Shown one piece after another: positions 38,267 to 52,087 of a stretch of DNA of 64,000 nt (within the stretch, counting starts at the first letter, position 1; every line of letters begins with the position of its first letter). The DNA lies in assembly GCA_032718475.1 (NCBI GenBank), contig JAUCBJ010002853.1, positions 1-64,000 of the forward strand. The letters run 5' to 3'. This DNA is from Nemertoderma westbladi (taxonomy: Eukaryota > Animalia > Xenacoelomorpha). The notes beneath the pieces were generated by a model that did no database searches, was not told where the DNA came from, and saw only the letters and a program-made list of their open reading frames with translations. Made by a program: the position numbers and the translations under genes.

Positions 38267-39410
38267 TTAGCTAATTTTATGATCCTCATTTTGCGAAACA
38301 ATAAACTTTGCCCTTTCATAAAGCTCGTTGTACGTCACTATATCAACATTTCTAGAGTCTCGACGAAATAACTCAAAGGTTTTTTCCTTGCTGGTCGCTA
38401 CCCCTTTATCGTCTCCCTTCATTTGATCCCAATTTCCAATGATAAGAATTGTTTTTGAATCATATGACCTTTGCTCAATTTTATGACCAAACTCATCAAA
38501 AAGCGCTTTGGTGGTTTCTATTTTAATTTGACCACTGGCTTTTTACTCAAGTATTTGTGAGTAGGCTTCAATCAGTTGTGTTGATAACCTCCCTGATCAT
38601 GATCTATTTTGAGGTTACCAAATATTGATGTATTGGGCAGTTTAATCTCCACAAAAGTGGTAAAATGTTTATCCCCCAGCAAATAATCACCAATGACAGT
38701 ATCGCGACCAGAGGCGGCAGAATCCGACGCGTGGAATTCATCCTGAAGAATACCTTCAAACCGATAGTCTAGACCATAGCCGAATAGCCATTGATTTTTC
38801 CTAAAAAAGTGTTGCTAAACCTTCTCATCCTGCGCGCTTTGTAAACCTACTCCAGATTTATAGGTTGGTAAATAATTTTTAGTTAACAACTTTTCAAATA
38901 TGGCTAGTTGCTGTTTTCGATGCCCAGTATTCACCAAATCTTGGCTAGTTACTATGCCCTTTGATAAAAGCTCTGAAATAACCTCACCATCAGAATCGCC
39001 TGATAGTAGAGTAAAGATTTTCTTTTTAGTGTCTATGTCTAGGGTGCTGGGAGTGTCGCCAGATAAGCAAATTCTTCTACTACTGATGCCCTTCAGATCA
39101 AGGCTATTTATAAAATCTAAAAAACTTCTAAGCTGCGCAAAATTAAATTTACTAAATTTAATACGCTGTTTTTCTGCGCCTGCAACTACTTTTCAACCTC
39201 GAACCCTTCAATATCATCTTTTTGTTTCAAATACACCCCCTTCATTAAGGTGCGCGGTGCTAGCTTAATATGAGTTTCTTTTTCATCTTGAAATACAATC
39301 TGAAAAAAGCGATTATCATCAAACTCATGGCTATAAAGGTGCGCCGGCTTTGAGTTCAAAATAATCTTCTCCTCAGAGGGTTTTTGTTCACTGTTCATTT
39401 CTCGACTCAC
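38267..39410 (-). pseudogene. Shedu (SduA/DUF4263) anti-phage nuclease pseudogene
   Basis: Q.FF.KNQWLFGYGL, GDYLL...TFVEIKLPNT, AYSQIL, LIIG and FELFRRDSRNVDIVTYNELYERA, with several in-frame stops and a frameshift near 39170. Confidence 0.8.
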
Positions 39411-39456
39411 TTTTGCAAACTACCCCCAAAACTAAAATGTTAAAGCCTTCTAAACC

Positions 39457-41989
<2,533 letters not shown>

Positions 41990-42023
41990 AAATCAATCGC
42001 ATTAAGATGAAGTCAAAAACTAT

Positions 42024-42905
42024 TTACGGACTCTTTTGAGTAGAATCAAGTAATTGAAAATAATTGCTTTTTGAATCCAAAATCAACACATTTTTCTGAG
42101 GGCTATCAACAAAAGACTTCACATAAGACTGTAGCGTCCGTTGATAGTTATAAAAATCAATATCTTGATTATAAGCGTTGGCATAAGTTTCAAGGGCGAT
42201 CGCATCACCCTCACCGCGTAAAATTTCAGAATCCTTATAGGCATTTGACAATGTTTCAATGCGTTTTCTATCGGCAGCGGCTTTAATTTTTTCAGCTTGC
42301 TCGGCACCGCGTGAGCGAAAATCTTTTGCAACCCGTTGCCGCTCGGCTGACATTCGTCTGTAAATTGAATTGCTAACCTCAAATGATAATTCAATTCGAT
42401 TAATCCGAAAATCAACCACCTCAATGCCGAAGCGATCCAGCGATTTTTTGGCAGCATTTCGGATATCGATCATCACCTGCTCACGGTCTTTATTGATAAG
42501 TTCTTGTATGCCTCGAACACCAAAAGCAGTTCGAAGGCCATCTTGAATAATTTGGCTCAAACGGCGATTGGCCTGAGAAATTCGACCCCCTGTGGTGGTG
42601 TAAAAATCAATGGGGTTTTTAATACGCCAGGTGGTGTAAGAGTCGACCACAACTTTCTTTTTCTCTTTGGTTAAATAACTTTGTGGAACAGCATCTAAGG
42701 TTTGAAGCCTGATATCAAATAATTGAATCGTTTCAATAAAGGGATATTTAAAATGAAGCCCTGGCTTGTAGTCGGTTGATACCACTTGACCTAAACGAAG
42801 CTTAATACCCGTTTCTCGTTCATCAATTATAAATAAAGACTGACTACCTAAAAATAAAACAACCGCTAAAACGGCAAAAAAAATGGTGGATCGATAGCTT
42901 TTCAT
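42024..42905 (-). CDS. hflC: FtsH modulator HflC
   Basis: SPFH domain, PGLHFKYPF, RMSAERQRVA..FRSRG, RGEGDA. Confidence 0.95.
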   Translation of the reverse strand: MKSYRSTIFFAVLAVVLFLGSQSLFIIDERETGIKLRLGQVVSTDYKPGLHFKYPFIETIQLFDIRLQTLDAVPQSYLTKEKKKVVVDSYTTWRIKNPIDFYTTTGGRISQANRRLSQIIQDGLRTAFGVRGIQELINKDREQVMIDIRNAAKKSLDRFGIEVVDFRINRIELSFEVSNSIYRRMSAERQRVAKDFRSRGAEQAEKIKAAADRKRIETLSNAYKDSEILRGEGDAIALETYANAYNQDIDFYNYQRTLQSYVKSFVDSPQKNVLILDSKSNYFQLLDSTQKSP

Positions 42906-42912
42906 ATCAACA

Positions 42913-44079
42913 TTATCTCCCGATGCGGTTTCTATCTCGTAAATTAATCACCGAATTATCTCTAAAGCGGCTGGGTGTTTGGTTAAAATCTTGATTAGGT
43001 GTTTTTTCAGTCAATGATGAATCACCTAAAGTAGGCCTTGTGTAACGACTGCCGATTAAACCATCTAGTGGCAACAACACATGGTTACTTTGCCCTGCAC
43101 CACTCCCCAAAAGTACTTTATCGTTGGATGAATACACTTGTTCAAGGGCTTCAATGCGTAAACGAATTTTAGTGGCTTTAGGCGAAAGCTTATATTTTTC
43201 TAAAATGCTTTTAAAGCGGCTGGCCTCACCTTGGGCATTGGCGATGACTTGTTGTTGGTAGGCTTTAGCCTCTTCAACCACACGGGCTGCTTTACCACGG
43301 GCACGGGGGAGTATGTCGTTTGAATAGGCTTGGGCTTCATTAATTTGGCGCTGCAAGTCTTCACGAGCCTTAACAGCATCATCATAAGCGGCTTTAACTT
43401 GCGAGGGGGGTTTAACATCTTGTACATTTAAACTAATCGCCTCTAAACCTATTTGATAATCATTTAATAATTTTTGCAATTCATTTTTAGCTCGAAGCGC
43501 GACTTCAGCAGGTTGTTGAATAATATCGTCCATCTTCGATTGCCCCACGGCTTTTCGCATCGCACTTTCTAAGGCCTCAGCTAAAATAAACTGAGGGCGA
43601 TCGACTTTAAATAAATATTTCACAGGGTCGTTAATTCGGTATTGAACAACAAATTTCATTTCAATAATATTTTCATCTGATGTCAGCATGATGGTTGGGT
43701 TGCTATCCCGACCCCGCATATCACCAAATGAGGTGGCGAGTATTTCTTCAGTATTAATTTTGGTGACTTTATCGAATAAAGAGGGCAGTTTTATATGGGG
43801 GCCAGGCGATGTAACGCGCAAATACTTCCCGAAGCGTTGTTCAATACCACGCTCAGCCGGGTCAATAATGTAGAACATGTCAAACAAAAAAACGAAAACG
43901 GCAATAAAAAACAACAAAACAGTAATAACCCCTTTTGAAAAAATAGGGGGCATGTTGGGTGAGCCGTTACCTGAGCTGTCAGAATTTTTGCCACCCCTAT
44001 TAAACTTTTTTTTGAAGCGATCAAAAATTTCATCTAAATTGGGGGGGAGTTCTTGAAACAGGCCAAAAATATTTTTCAT
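42913..44079 (-). CDS. hflK: FtsH modulator HflK
   Basis: PPNLDE, MLTSDENI, PPSQVKAAYDDA, PRARGKA. Confidence 0.95.
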   Translation of the reverse strand: MKNIFGLFQELPPNLDEIFDRFKKKFNRGGKNSDSSGNGSPNMPPIFSKGVITVLLFFIAVFVFLFDMFYIIDPAERGIEQRFGKYLRVTSPGPHIKLPSLFDKVTKINTEEILATSFGDMRGRDSNPTIMLTSDENIIEMKFVVQYRINDPVKYLFKVDRPQFILAEALESAMRKAVGQSKMDDIIQQPAEVALRAKNELQKLLNDYQIGLEAISLNVQDVKPPSQVKAAYDDAVKAREDLQRQINEAQAYSNDILPRARGKAARVVEEAKAYQQQVIANAQGEASRFKSILEKYKLSPKATKIRLRIEALEQVYSSNDKVLLGSGAGQSNHVLLPLDGLIGSRYTRPTLGDSSLTEKTPNQDFNQTPSRFRDNSVINLRDRNRIGR

Positions 44080-44140
44080 TAAACGAATGCGACTGAATTG
44101 ATAAAATACATAGGTGCTATAATAACACAGTTGCTAAAAA

Positions 44141-45259
44141 CTATAAGTCCAAATCAGATAAATCATCATCTAGGGAGGCATCCACCGCCCCCACTAAATA
44201 CGAGGTAATTTCTGACTCTTGGGGCGCGACTTGCACATGGTCACTTTTCAGCCAATTGTTAACCCACGGAATGGGGTTGGTTTTGACATTAAACATCGGC
44301 TTTAAATTAACTGCCTTTAGTCGAATATCAGCCAAATGCTCAATATAGCTTGATAAAATCTGCTCATTTAGACCCACCATGGAACCATGGCTAAATAGGT
44401 AATTTGACCAATGTTTTTCTTCTTCCACAGCTGTTTTAAAAATAGCGTAGGTTTCTTGTTCAGATGATTGTATGACAGATTGCATTTGAGGGTCGGATTC
44501 ATCTGTACGAAGCAAGTTCAACATATGTTGTGTGCCTGAAAGATGAAGGGCTTCATCCCTTGCAATTAAGCGAATAATTTTGGCATTGCCTTCCATAAGT
44601 TGGCGTTCAGCAAATGAAAAACTACAAGCAAAACTTGCATAAAACCGCAAGGCTTCCAACACATTAACTGACACCAATGCCAAATATAGGGCTTTTTTAA
44701 TTTCAACCGGATCAACACCCATCGCGTTTGCCGAACTTTTAAAGCCATGAAGCATGTAGCAGCTATTTAATTGAATAAGCTGGTCATAATAGTTACTAAT
44801 ACTACGGGCTCGGTTTAGTATTTCTTGGTCACCCACAATTTGGTCTAGCACCTCAGAGGGGTTTGAAAACAGGTTTTGCATAATATGACTGTAGCTCCGA
44901 GAGTGAATGGTTTCACTAAACGACCATACCTCAATCCATGTTTCAAGCTCTGGTAAAGATACAATCGGTAAAAACGCTAGGTTGGGCGAACGGCCTTGAA
45001 TGCTGTCTAAAAGGGTTTGGTATTGTAAATTAAGAATAAAAATCTTTTGCTCAGCACAAGAGAGGGATAAAAAATCAGACCGATCTTTGGTTAAATCAAT
45101 CTCTTCAGGCCGCCAAAAATAAGAGAGTTGGCGCTCAATTAATTTTTCAAATATTTCATAGCGCTGTACATCAAAGCGGGAAACACTAACCGACTCTCCC
45201 AAAAACATGGGCTGAACCAAAGGCGTCCTTGAATTTGAATTAAAAACGCTATAGTGCAT
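44141..45259 (-). CDS. nrdB: Ribonucleotide reductase class Ia beta subunit
   Basis: MFLG, FWRPEEIDL, SETIHSRSY, EALRFY, IARDEALH, VAPQESEITSY; start placed at ATG 45259 after the nrdA stop. Confidence 0.96.
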   Translation of the reverse strand: MHYSVFNSNSRTPLVQPMFLGESVSVSRFDVQRYEIFEKLIERQLSYFWRPEEIDLTKDRSDFLSLSCAEQKIFILNLQYQTLLDSIQGRSPNLAFLPIVSLPELETWIEVWSFSETIHSRSYSHIMQNLFSNPSEVLDQIVGDQEILNRARSISNYYDQLIQLNSCYMLHGFKSSANAMGVDPVEIKKALYLALVSVNVLEALRFYASFACSFSFAERQLMEGNAKIIRLIARDEALHLSGTQHMLNLLRTDESDPQMQSVIQSSEQETYAIFKTAVEEEKHWSNYLFSHGSMVGLNEQILSSYIEHLADIRLKAVNLKPMFNVKTNPIPWVNNWLKSDHVQVAPQESEITSYLVGAVDASLDDDLSDLDL

Positions 45260-45266
45260 GGATAAC

Positions 45267-47480
45267 TTAATCCTCCCCTGCCCCATCACGGGTATTATGA
45301 TAATACAAAGTTTTAATGCCAAACCGATAGGCAAATAAAATGTCTCGTACAATTTGTTTAAGGGGAATTTTTTGGTTGGCAAAATGTTGTGGATTGTAGC
45401 TCACATTGGTTGAAATGGACTGATCAACAAACTTTTGCATAATCGCGACTAGTGATAAATACCCCTCGTTGCTTTTGAGATCCCACAACAGGTCATAGTT
45501 TTGTTTAAGTTTTTCATAGTCAGGCACCACCTGCTTCAATACGCCGTCTTTACTGGATTTTACACTCACGTAAGCCCGAGGTGGCTCAATGCCATTGGTG
45601 GTGTTGGCAATTTGACTAGAGGTTTCACACGGCATAATGGCTGTTAGTGTGCTGTTTCTCAAACCATGTTGTTTAATAGATGCACGCAAGGCTTCCCAAT
45701 CATATAAAAGGGGGGTGTTGGTGAGCAAATCTACTTCCTTTTTATAATGATCAATCGGTAATAGCCCTTTTGCATATTTGGTTTGATCAAACCATGTACA
45801 TGCCCCCTTTTCTTTTGCCAACTCATTGGAGGCTTGCAACAAATAGTATTGAATGGATTCAAACAACTCATGGGTCAGCTTGCGGCCTAAGGCACCGTTA
45901 TAATGCGCCCCATTTTTGGCTAAATAATAGGCAAAGTTGGTCACACCAATCCCTAAAGGGCGCCTTTTTTGAGTGGAAATTCGAGCTGCCTCTACAGGGT
46001 AATCTTGATAATCCAATAAATTATCCAATCCTTGCACCAACATGTGGGCTCGTTTTTGAATATCGCCCAAACTTTCAACTTCGCCCAAATTAAGGGCTGA
46101 TAATGTACAAAGCGCAATTTCCCCCTGCTCATCCGCAATATTTTTCAGTGGTTTAGTGGGCAAGGTAATTTCCATGCACAAGTTTGACTGGCGAATGGGG
46201 GCAAGTTTTGAGTCAAACGATGAATGGGTATTGCAATGATCGACATTTTGAATATAAACCCGACCCGTGCTAGAACGCTCAATACACAGCAAGGCAAACA
46301 ATTCTTTAGCAGGTAATGTTTTTTTGCGGATGCTGGGGTCTTTTTCATAACTCTCATACAACTTTTTAAATTGGGCTTGATCCCCAAAAAACGCATCATA
46401 CAGATCGGTAACATCTGAAGGACTAAACAAGGTAATTGATTGGTTGTGAATTAAGCGCTCATAAAACAGCTGGCTAATTTGTACCCCATAATCCATATGG
46501 CGCACACGGTTCTCTTCAATGCCCTTATTGTTTTTAAGCACCAAGAGCGATTCTACTTCTAAATGCCAAATCGGATAAAAAAGTGTGGCCGCCCCGCCAC
46601 GCACTCCACCTTGTGAACAGCTTTTGACTGCACTTTGAAAATGCTTGTAAAAAGGAATACACCCCGTGTGGTAGGTCATACCCCCTCGAATCGGGCTACC
46701 CAACGCACGAATACGCCCCGCATTAATGCCAATACCAGCCCGTTGGCTCACATATTTAACAATGGCGCTACTAGCAGCGTTGATCGAATCAAGCGAATCA
46801 CTTGACTCAATTAATACGCAAGAACTAAACTGGCGAATGGGGGTTCTAACCCCCGCCATCAAAGGGGTGGGTAGTGAAATTTGACCCAGTGAAGCAAGGC
46901 GATAAAACTCGCTAATCTGCTCAATACGCTTATTTTTTTCAACGGTACTAAATAAACACATGGCTGTGAGCATGTAGGCAAATTGAGGGGTTTCAAACAC
47001 GGTTTTTTTGACACGGTCTTGTACTAAATATTTGCCTTCAAGTTGCTTAACCGCTGCATAGGTAAAACGCATATCACGCTTGTGGTCAATTACTTGCTCT
47101 AATTTTCCAAATTCTGACACACTGTAATCGGTTAAAATTTGGGAGTCATACCAGCCCAATTTTGTCATGCGCTTAACATGTGCCAGTAATGGGGGGGGAT
47201 CAAACTGGCCATACGCGCATTTTCGAAGGTGAAAAATAGCCAAACGCGCTGCTAAATATTGATAATTGGTATTCTCCTCACTAATTAAGTCAGCTGCTGA
47301 TTTAATTAGCATTAAATGGATGTCGCTGGTCGACACCCCATCATAAAAATTTAGCTTTGCATTGAGTTCAACCTGCGATACTGAAACCCCCTCCAAATCT
47401 TGCGCCGCCCAAAAAATAACCCGATGAATTTTTTCATAATCAATGGGTTCTTGGCGCCCATTTCGTTTAACAATTTGCAT
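45267..47480 (-). CDS. nrdA: Ribonucleotide reductase class Ia alpha subunit, lacking the C-terminal Cys pair
   Basis: ATP cone, QFSSCVL, QSNLCMEI, IALCTL, KTLYY; ends NTRDGAGED*. Confidence 0.96.
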   Translation of the reverse strand: MQIVKRNGRQEPIDYEKIHRVIFWAAQDLEGVSVSQVELNAKLNFYDGVSTSDIHLMLIKSAADLISEENTNYQYLAARLAIFHLRKCAYGQFDPPPLLAHVKRMTKLGWYDSQILTDYSVSEFGKLEQVIDHKRDMRFTYAAVKQLEGKYLVQDRVKKTVFETPQFAYMLTAMCLFSTVEKNKRIEQISEFYRLASLGQISLPTPLMAGVRTPIRQFSSCVLIESSDSLDSINAASSAIVKYVSQRAGIGINAGRIRALGSPIRGGMTYHTGCIPFYKHFQSAVKSCSQGGVRGGAATLFYPIWHLEVESLLVLKNNKGIEENRVRHMDYGVQISQLFYERLIHNQSITLFSPSDVTDLYDAFFGDQAQFKKLYESYEKDPSIRKKTLPAKELFALLCIERSSTGRVYIQNVDHCNTHSSFDSKLAPIRQSNLCMEITLPTKPLKNIADEQGEIALCTLSALNLGEVESLGDIQKRAHMLVQGLDNLLDYQDYPVEAARISTQKRRPLGIGVTNFAYYLAKNGAHYNGALGRKLTHELFESIQYYLLQASNELAKEKGACTWFDQTKYAKGLLPIDHYKKEVDLLTNTPLLYDWEALRASIKQHGLRNSTLTAIMPCETSSQIANTTNGIEPPRAYVSVKSSKDGVLKQVVPDYEKLKQNYDLLWDLKSNEGYLSLVAIMQKFVDQSISTNVSYNPQHFANQKIPLKQIVRDILFAYRFGIKTLYYHNTRDGAGED

Positions 47481-47678
47481 GGATGAATAAATTAATTTTT
47501 GAACAATACGCACCCCTTGCTAATTTACTAAAGGGTGGTGAGGGCTAATTATTATACATAGAATACAAAAATTTTAGCGCTTAGCCCAATTGTTAAAAAT
47601 ACCAAACAATTGTTCAGCACGACGACTTAGCAAATGCAACAAAAGCTGCGCGTATTGGGAAATAAATTAGATAAACAA

Positions 47679-47930
47679 TTAACGCTTCTTATTTGATTGA
47701 GAAAGGGTAGAACCCGCTAATTTTTTAGTTGCTTTAGCATATTTAGGGCTTTTTAATACTTTTGATGCCTGCGCTTCCACTGCTTTGCCTGTTTGCTTAT
47801 TTGTATTCGCTTGGGATAGGGCTGAGGCTGCTAATGATTTTTGAATATCACTGGCGTTTGGATCTCGAAGCATTTTTGATGCCTGAGTGGCCACACGACT
47901 TGAGGTTTGTTTTTTATTTTTAGACACCAC
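47679..47930 (-). CDS. Small basic protein with two internal repeats
   Basis: KQTS..VA.QASK.L......KSLAASALSQ repeated twice. Confidence 0.7.
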   Translation of the reverse strand: MVSKNKKQTSSRVATQASKMLRDPNASDIQKSLAASALSQANTNKQTGKAVEAQASKVLKSPKYAKATKKLAGSTLSQSNKKR

Positions 47931-48193
47931 AACAATATATGTTAATTCAGCTAATTATAACTGAAAAAATCACATTTACCCACATAACTCATACAAACAT
48001 CAGTATTTCCCCCCACCCAATCATCACATGTCAAAAGACATGCCCATATCACTTAGAAAATAAGCCACCACTTCCCATCCCACATTGACACACAACCTAG
48101 TCACACAAAACACATCAAAATATTCTTAGGTGTTTTTCACGGTGAATCACTGTATAATTCAGGCTCTTTTTTTAACAGCACTCAAAATACCCC

Positions 48194-50017
48194 ATGGAGC
48201 ATACCAACAAAAGCTTGCGTAACATTGCCATAATCGCCCATGTGGATCATGGCAAAACCACCTTGGTGGATCAACTCCTTCGGCAATCAGGCACCTTGGA
48301 TCGTAACAGCCAAGGGCAAGAGCGAATCATGGATTCAAACGACCAAGAACGCGAACGCGGTATTACCATTTTGGCGAAAAACACCGCCATTAACTGGAAA
48401 GATTATCGAATCAATATTGTCGACACCCCAGGCCATGCCGATTTTGGGGGCGAGGTTGAACGCGTGCTTTCAATGGTAGACTCTGTGCTGCTTTTAGTCG
48501 ACGCCACCGACGGCCCCATGCCCCAAACCCGCTTTGTCACCCAAAAAGCCTTTGAATACGGCCTACGTCCCATTGTGGTCATCAATAAAGTGGATAAACC
48601 CAGTGCCCGATGCGACTGGGTAATGGACCAAGTATTTGAACTGTTTGACAAACTAGGCGCCACTGATGCGCAACTAGATTTCACCACCCTTTACACAAGC
48701 GCCATCCAAGGCATTGCAGGTATTGATGAAAACGACTTGGCGGGTGACATAACCCCCTTATTTGAAACCATTGTAAGCAATGTATCCCCACCACAGGTAA
48801 ATGCCGATGGCCCCTTTCAAATGCAAATAAGTGCCCTTGATTACTCAACTTATGTGGGCGTTATTGGTATTGGCAGAATCAGTAGAGGGTCTGTCAAGCC
48901 GAACCAAAGCGTTGCCATTATTGACCGAGACGGCAAAACATCGCGCGGGCGAATTTTACAAGTGATGGGCTATTTAGGCCTTGATCGAGTCGAAGCACAA
49001 AACGCCCAAGCAGGCGATATTGTTTGTATTACCGGCATTGAAAACTTACATATCAGCGACACCTTATGCGCACCCGATCACCCTGAACCCCTTAAACCGC
49101 TACGTGTGAATGAACCCACCATCAGCATGACATTTCAGGTCAATACCTCGCCCTTTTCAGGGCAAGACGGCCAATTTTTAACCTCTAGGCAAATCAAAGA
49201 ACGACTAGAAAAAGAACTACTGCATAACGTGGCACTGCTTGTTGAGCCACAAGAAGGCACTGAAAAATTCACTGTCTCTGGCCGTGGGGAACTTCATTTA
49301 TCAGTTCTGATTGAAAACATGCGCCGAGAAGGTTTCGAGCTTTCCGTATCCCGACCTGAAGTGATCATTCGAGAAATTGACGGCCAAAAGCAAGAACCTT
49401 ACGAGCAACTCATTGTTGATTGTGAAGAAACACACCAAGGCAGCATCATCGAAATTTTAGGTACACGAGGCGGGCAGCTTAAAAATATGACACCCGACGG
49501 GCATGGCCGCGTGCGGCTTGAATACATCATCCTGTCTAAATCGCTGATCGGTTTTCGCTCCCAGTTTTTAACCCTGACATCAGGCAGTGGGATTATGACC
49601 ACTGTGTTCGACCACTACGGCGCACTACAACCTAGCGATCAAACCAAACGCTCTGAAGGGGTGCTAATTGCCATGGCAACCGGCAAAGCATTGGGCTATT
49701 CTTTGTTCACCTTGCAAGAGCGCGGCAAGCTATTGATTGGCCATGGTGAGCAAGTGTACGAGGGCATGATTGTGGGCATTCATTCGCGCGCAAACGACTT
49801 AGTCGTCAACCCCACCAAAGCCAAAAAGGTCGATAACATGCGCGCCTCTGGATCTGATGAAAATATTATTTTAACCCCCCCTATCCAACTCACTTTGGAG
49901 AGTGCCTTATCATTTATTGATGATGATGAGCTGGTGGAAATTACCCCCAAAAATATTCGTGTTCGCAAAAAATACCTCACTGAAAATGAGCGAAAGCGAC
50001 ATACTCGAAAAAATTGA
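48194..50017 (+). CDS. typA: Translational GTPase TypA/BipA
   Basis: [39 protein letters not shown]. Confidence 0.98.
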   Translation: MEHTNKSLRNIAIIAHVDHGKTTLVDQLLRQSGTLDRNSQGQERIMDSNDQERERGITILAKNTAINWKDYRINIVDTPGHADFGGEVERVLSMVDSVLLLVDATDGPMPQTRFVTQKAFEYGLRPIVVINKVDKPSARCDWVMDQVFELFDKLGATDAQLDFTTLYTSAIQGIAGIDENDLAGDITPLFETIVSNVSPPQVNADGPFQMQISALDYSTYVGVIGIGRISRGSVKPNQSVAIIDRDGKTSRGRILQVMGYLGLDRVEAQNAQAGDIVCITGIENLHISDTLCAPDHPEPLKPLRVNEPTISMTFQVNTSPFSGQDGQFLTSRQIKERLEKELLHNVALLVEPQEGTEKFTVSGRGELHLSVLIENMRREGFELSVSRPEVIIREIDGQKQEPYEQLIVDCEETHQGSIIEILGTRGGQLKNMTPDGHGRVRLEYIILSKSLIGFRSQFLTLTSGSGIMTTVFDHYGALQPSDQTKRSEGVLIAMATGKALGYSLFTLQERGKLLIGHGEQVYEGMIVGIHSRANDLVVNPTKAKKVDNMRASGSDENIILTPPIQLTLESALSFIDDDELVEITPKNIRVRKKYLTENERKRHTRKN

Positions 50018-50269
50018 TCTGTGGATGCCAGTCACAAAAATAATTATTTAGAGAAATGAGGGAATTATTAGCTTCATTTCTCTAGCAATTTCTGCAATCT
50101 ATTCTTGGGAAGTTTAGTGAGCTTGCTATCATTGAAAACTAAAAGTTTTGTGGGGAGAAATGGTTATCAAAGGTAGATGCAATCAATTGGTATGGCTAGG
50201 TATTTTGACTGGATGGATTTTGATGCTCATAGTATCATATGGGATGTTTATTAATAGTTAGGCTTTTAT

Positions 50270-50633
50270 ATGAAAAATTTAACTTTTGTGATTATTATAA
50301 ACCTGTTTTCTTTCAGTGTTTTCGCAGAAACAATAGTTTGTGACAAGAATTTCACAATGTCTTCTGCTGTAGGTATTAAAAAAGGATTTAATGGTACAGA
50401 TATGTACAATTATAGCGATGGAATACTTCAAGAAATTTTTGATGGAAAAGCTATCTGGACATACAGCCATGTTACTGAGAAAAATGGATTTGGTAGCCAC
50501 TTTGAGGCAAAATAAATACCCTAATGATGTAAATATAATAACTATTGATCGTTTAACCAATAAACTGTACAAAACGGTCATACAGGGTGAATTAAAATAT
50601 ACATCTATAGGTGAATGTACATTTACAAAATAA
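50270..50633 (+). pseudogene. Cassette-borne secreted protein, frameshifted near 50510
   Basis: Signal-peptide-like MKNLTFVIIINLFSFSVFA; coding continues in another frame (IITIDRLTNKLY...SIGECT). Confidence 0.55.
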
Positions 50634-50865
50634 AATTATTAAGCCAATAAACCTGAATCTGATCAACCAATTATAGATGTATTTAATTAAGGACATATTT
50701 TGAAAAAAATCTTAATGTATATAATTGCAGCTCTATCTGGTCCGTTGTTAGTTCTAGCTACTTTGCCCTTATACAGTTAGTCTTTGATTGGAGGCATATG
50801 TTCAATGTGCGTTATTTCATTTGTTGCTGTTAAAAGTATTTGGCAAGGTGAAAATAAAAAGTAAA

Positions 50866-50963
50866 GCCTAACAAGCTGTTCAAGCGGGACAAATAACAGT
50901 TGGCTGTTTCGCTCCGCTCACATTATAGCCAACTACAATTTGCCCCTTAACAGGGCGTTAGGC
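50866..50963 (+). other. attC site
   Basis: GCCTAACAAGCTGTTCAAGCGGGAC...GCCCCTTAACAGGGCGTTAGGC; RYYTAAC...GTTRRRY with internal imperfect palindrome. Confidence 0.88.
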
Positions 50964-50969
50964 GACCGA

Positions 50970-51362
50970 ATGTCCAACGTATGCTGCCAAAATATGCTGG
51001 AAGTCTTATCGCAACATAGATCAACATTCCGCAAGGAAAAGCAATTGATCTATCTATCAACACAAACACAAAATGACTATGTGGTAGAGCAAGCTTTAGA
51101 ATACTGTCCATTTTGTGGGTCGAGCATTGCAGTCGAGAATACGCATCAATTGGAACACGTCCTTAGCCAACCTCTTGAATTTTTGATTCGGTTTTCTGAT
51201 GGTGAAAATCACTTTACAAATTGTAGTCAAATAGACTATTCAATCTACCAAGAGGTAGGTGGATGGTCCTGTGAAAGTAAGCAAGGATTAGTGGATATCT
51301 ATGAAAAAGATATTCACCAAGTTCTAAATGCCACAACAGGTGAGGTTTTGTATGAGAAGTGA
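50970..51362 (+). CDS. Cassette hypothetical protein with Cys motifs
   Basis: MSNVCCQNM...YCPFCG; lies exactly between two attC sites. Confidence 0.7.
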   Translation: MSNVCCQNMLEVLSQHRSTFRKEKQLIYLSTQTQNDYVVEQALEYCPFCGSSIAVENTHQLEHVLSQPLEFLIRFSDGENHFTNCSQIDYSIYQEVGGWSCESKQGLVDIYEKDIHQVLNATTGEVLYEK

Positions 51363-51443
51363 GCCTAACAAGGCCATGAAAAACCGCGTATTTCATACGC
51401 CGGACTCACAACAAGTTGCTCGCCTTTTATGGCGGCGTTAGGT
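51363..51443 (+). other. attC site
   Basis: GCCTAACAAGGCCATGAAAAACCG...CCTTTTATGGCGGCGTTAGGT. Confidence 0.85.
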
Positions 51444-51455
51444 TTACAGCAAGCC

Positions 51456-51990
51456 ATGAATAAATTTCAAGGTATATATTCACCTATTGCAGGTATTACT
51501 GGGGATAGTTTTTATTGTTGCTAGTTTTTGGGGAGATTATTTCCTAATTTCAACACCAGATAAATCCGTATTAACGGTAGTTTCTGTTGAAATTGATTGG
51601 GTTACAGGAGCAAGTAAAAGTTAGGTTACAACAAGAGTAGGCAAAACAAGTGGAGATGTTAGATTCAAAATTAAAGGGCAAGGTGAATACGTACACAGTG
51701 GCTACGGTGCAGCTTTATCTAAAGAAATATATAACTCTTTAATTCAAAAAGGCGCAGTTGTGGAAGTGTACGCGGATCTATCAGAAACCCGGAAGCCCTA
51801 TTTTCATGAATTTAGTTATAATCCCGTATATGAAATTAAAGTAAATGGTAAAACCATATTTTCTTACGAGGAAAACACGGATAGTGATGAACGATTTCTT
51901 TATATATTGCCTTGGTTGGGTATATTTTTAATATTTATGTCTCTATACCAATACTGGAAATATAAAAAACAATATTGGTTTAAAACCTAA
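51456..51990 (+). pseudogene. Cassette membrane protein, disrupted
   Basis: N- and C-terminal hydrophobic segments in broken frames; ends in ACCTAAC of a truncated attC. Confidence 0.5.
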
Positions 51991-52087
51991 CAAATGTATC
52001 AAATTGACACCCTGCTTTAAGGGCAACTTCTATCCCTTCTAACCGATGAGGACAGAGATAAGCAAACCTACCTGACCTACACCCCCA

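Larger units (their letters stand above)
50257..52010 (+). mobile_element. Integron-type gene cassette array without nearby integrase (CALIN-like)
   Basis: Two complete attC sites plus a truncated third; paired GTTAGGC/GCCTAAC and GTTAGGT/ACCTAAC cores bracket AT-rich ORFs; no intI in the window. Confidence 0.8.

Noticed and set aside
45260-45382. N-terminal extension of NrdB in the ORF track (413 aa)
   Set aside because: Overlaps nrdA; homology and RBS support ATG 45259
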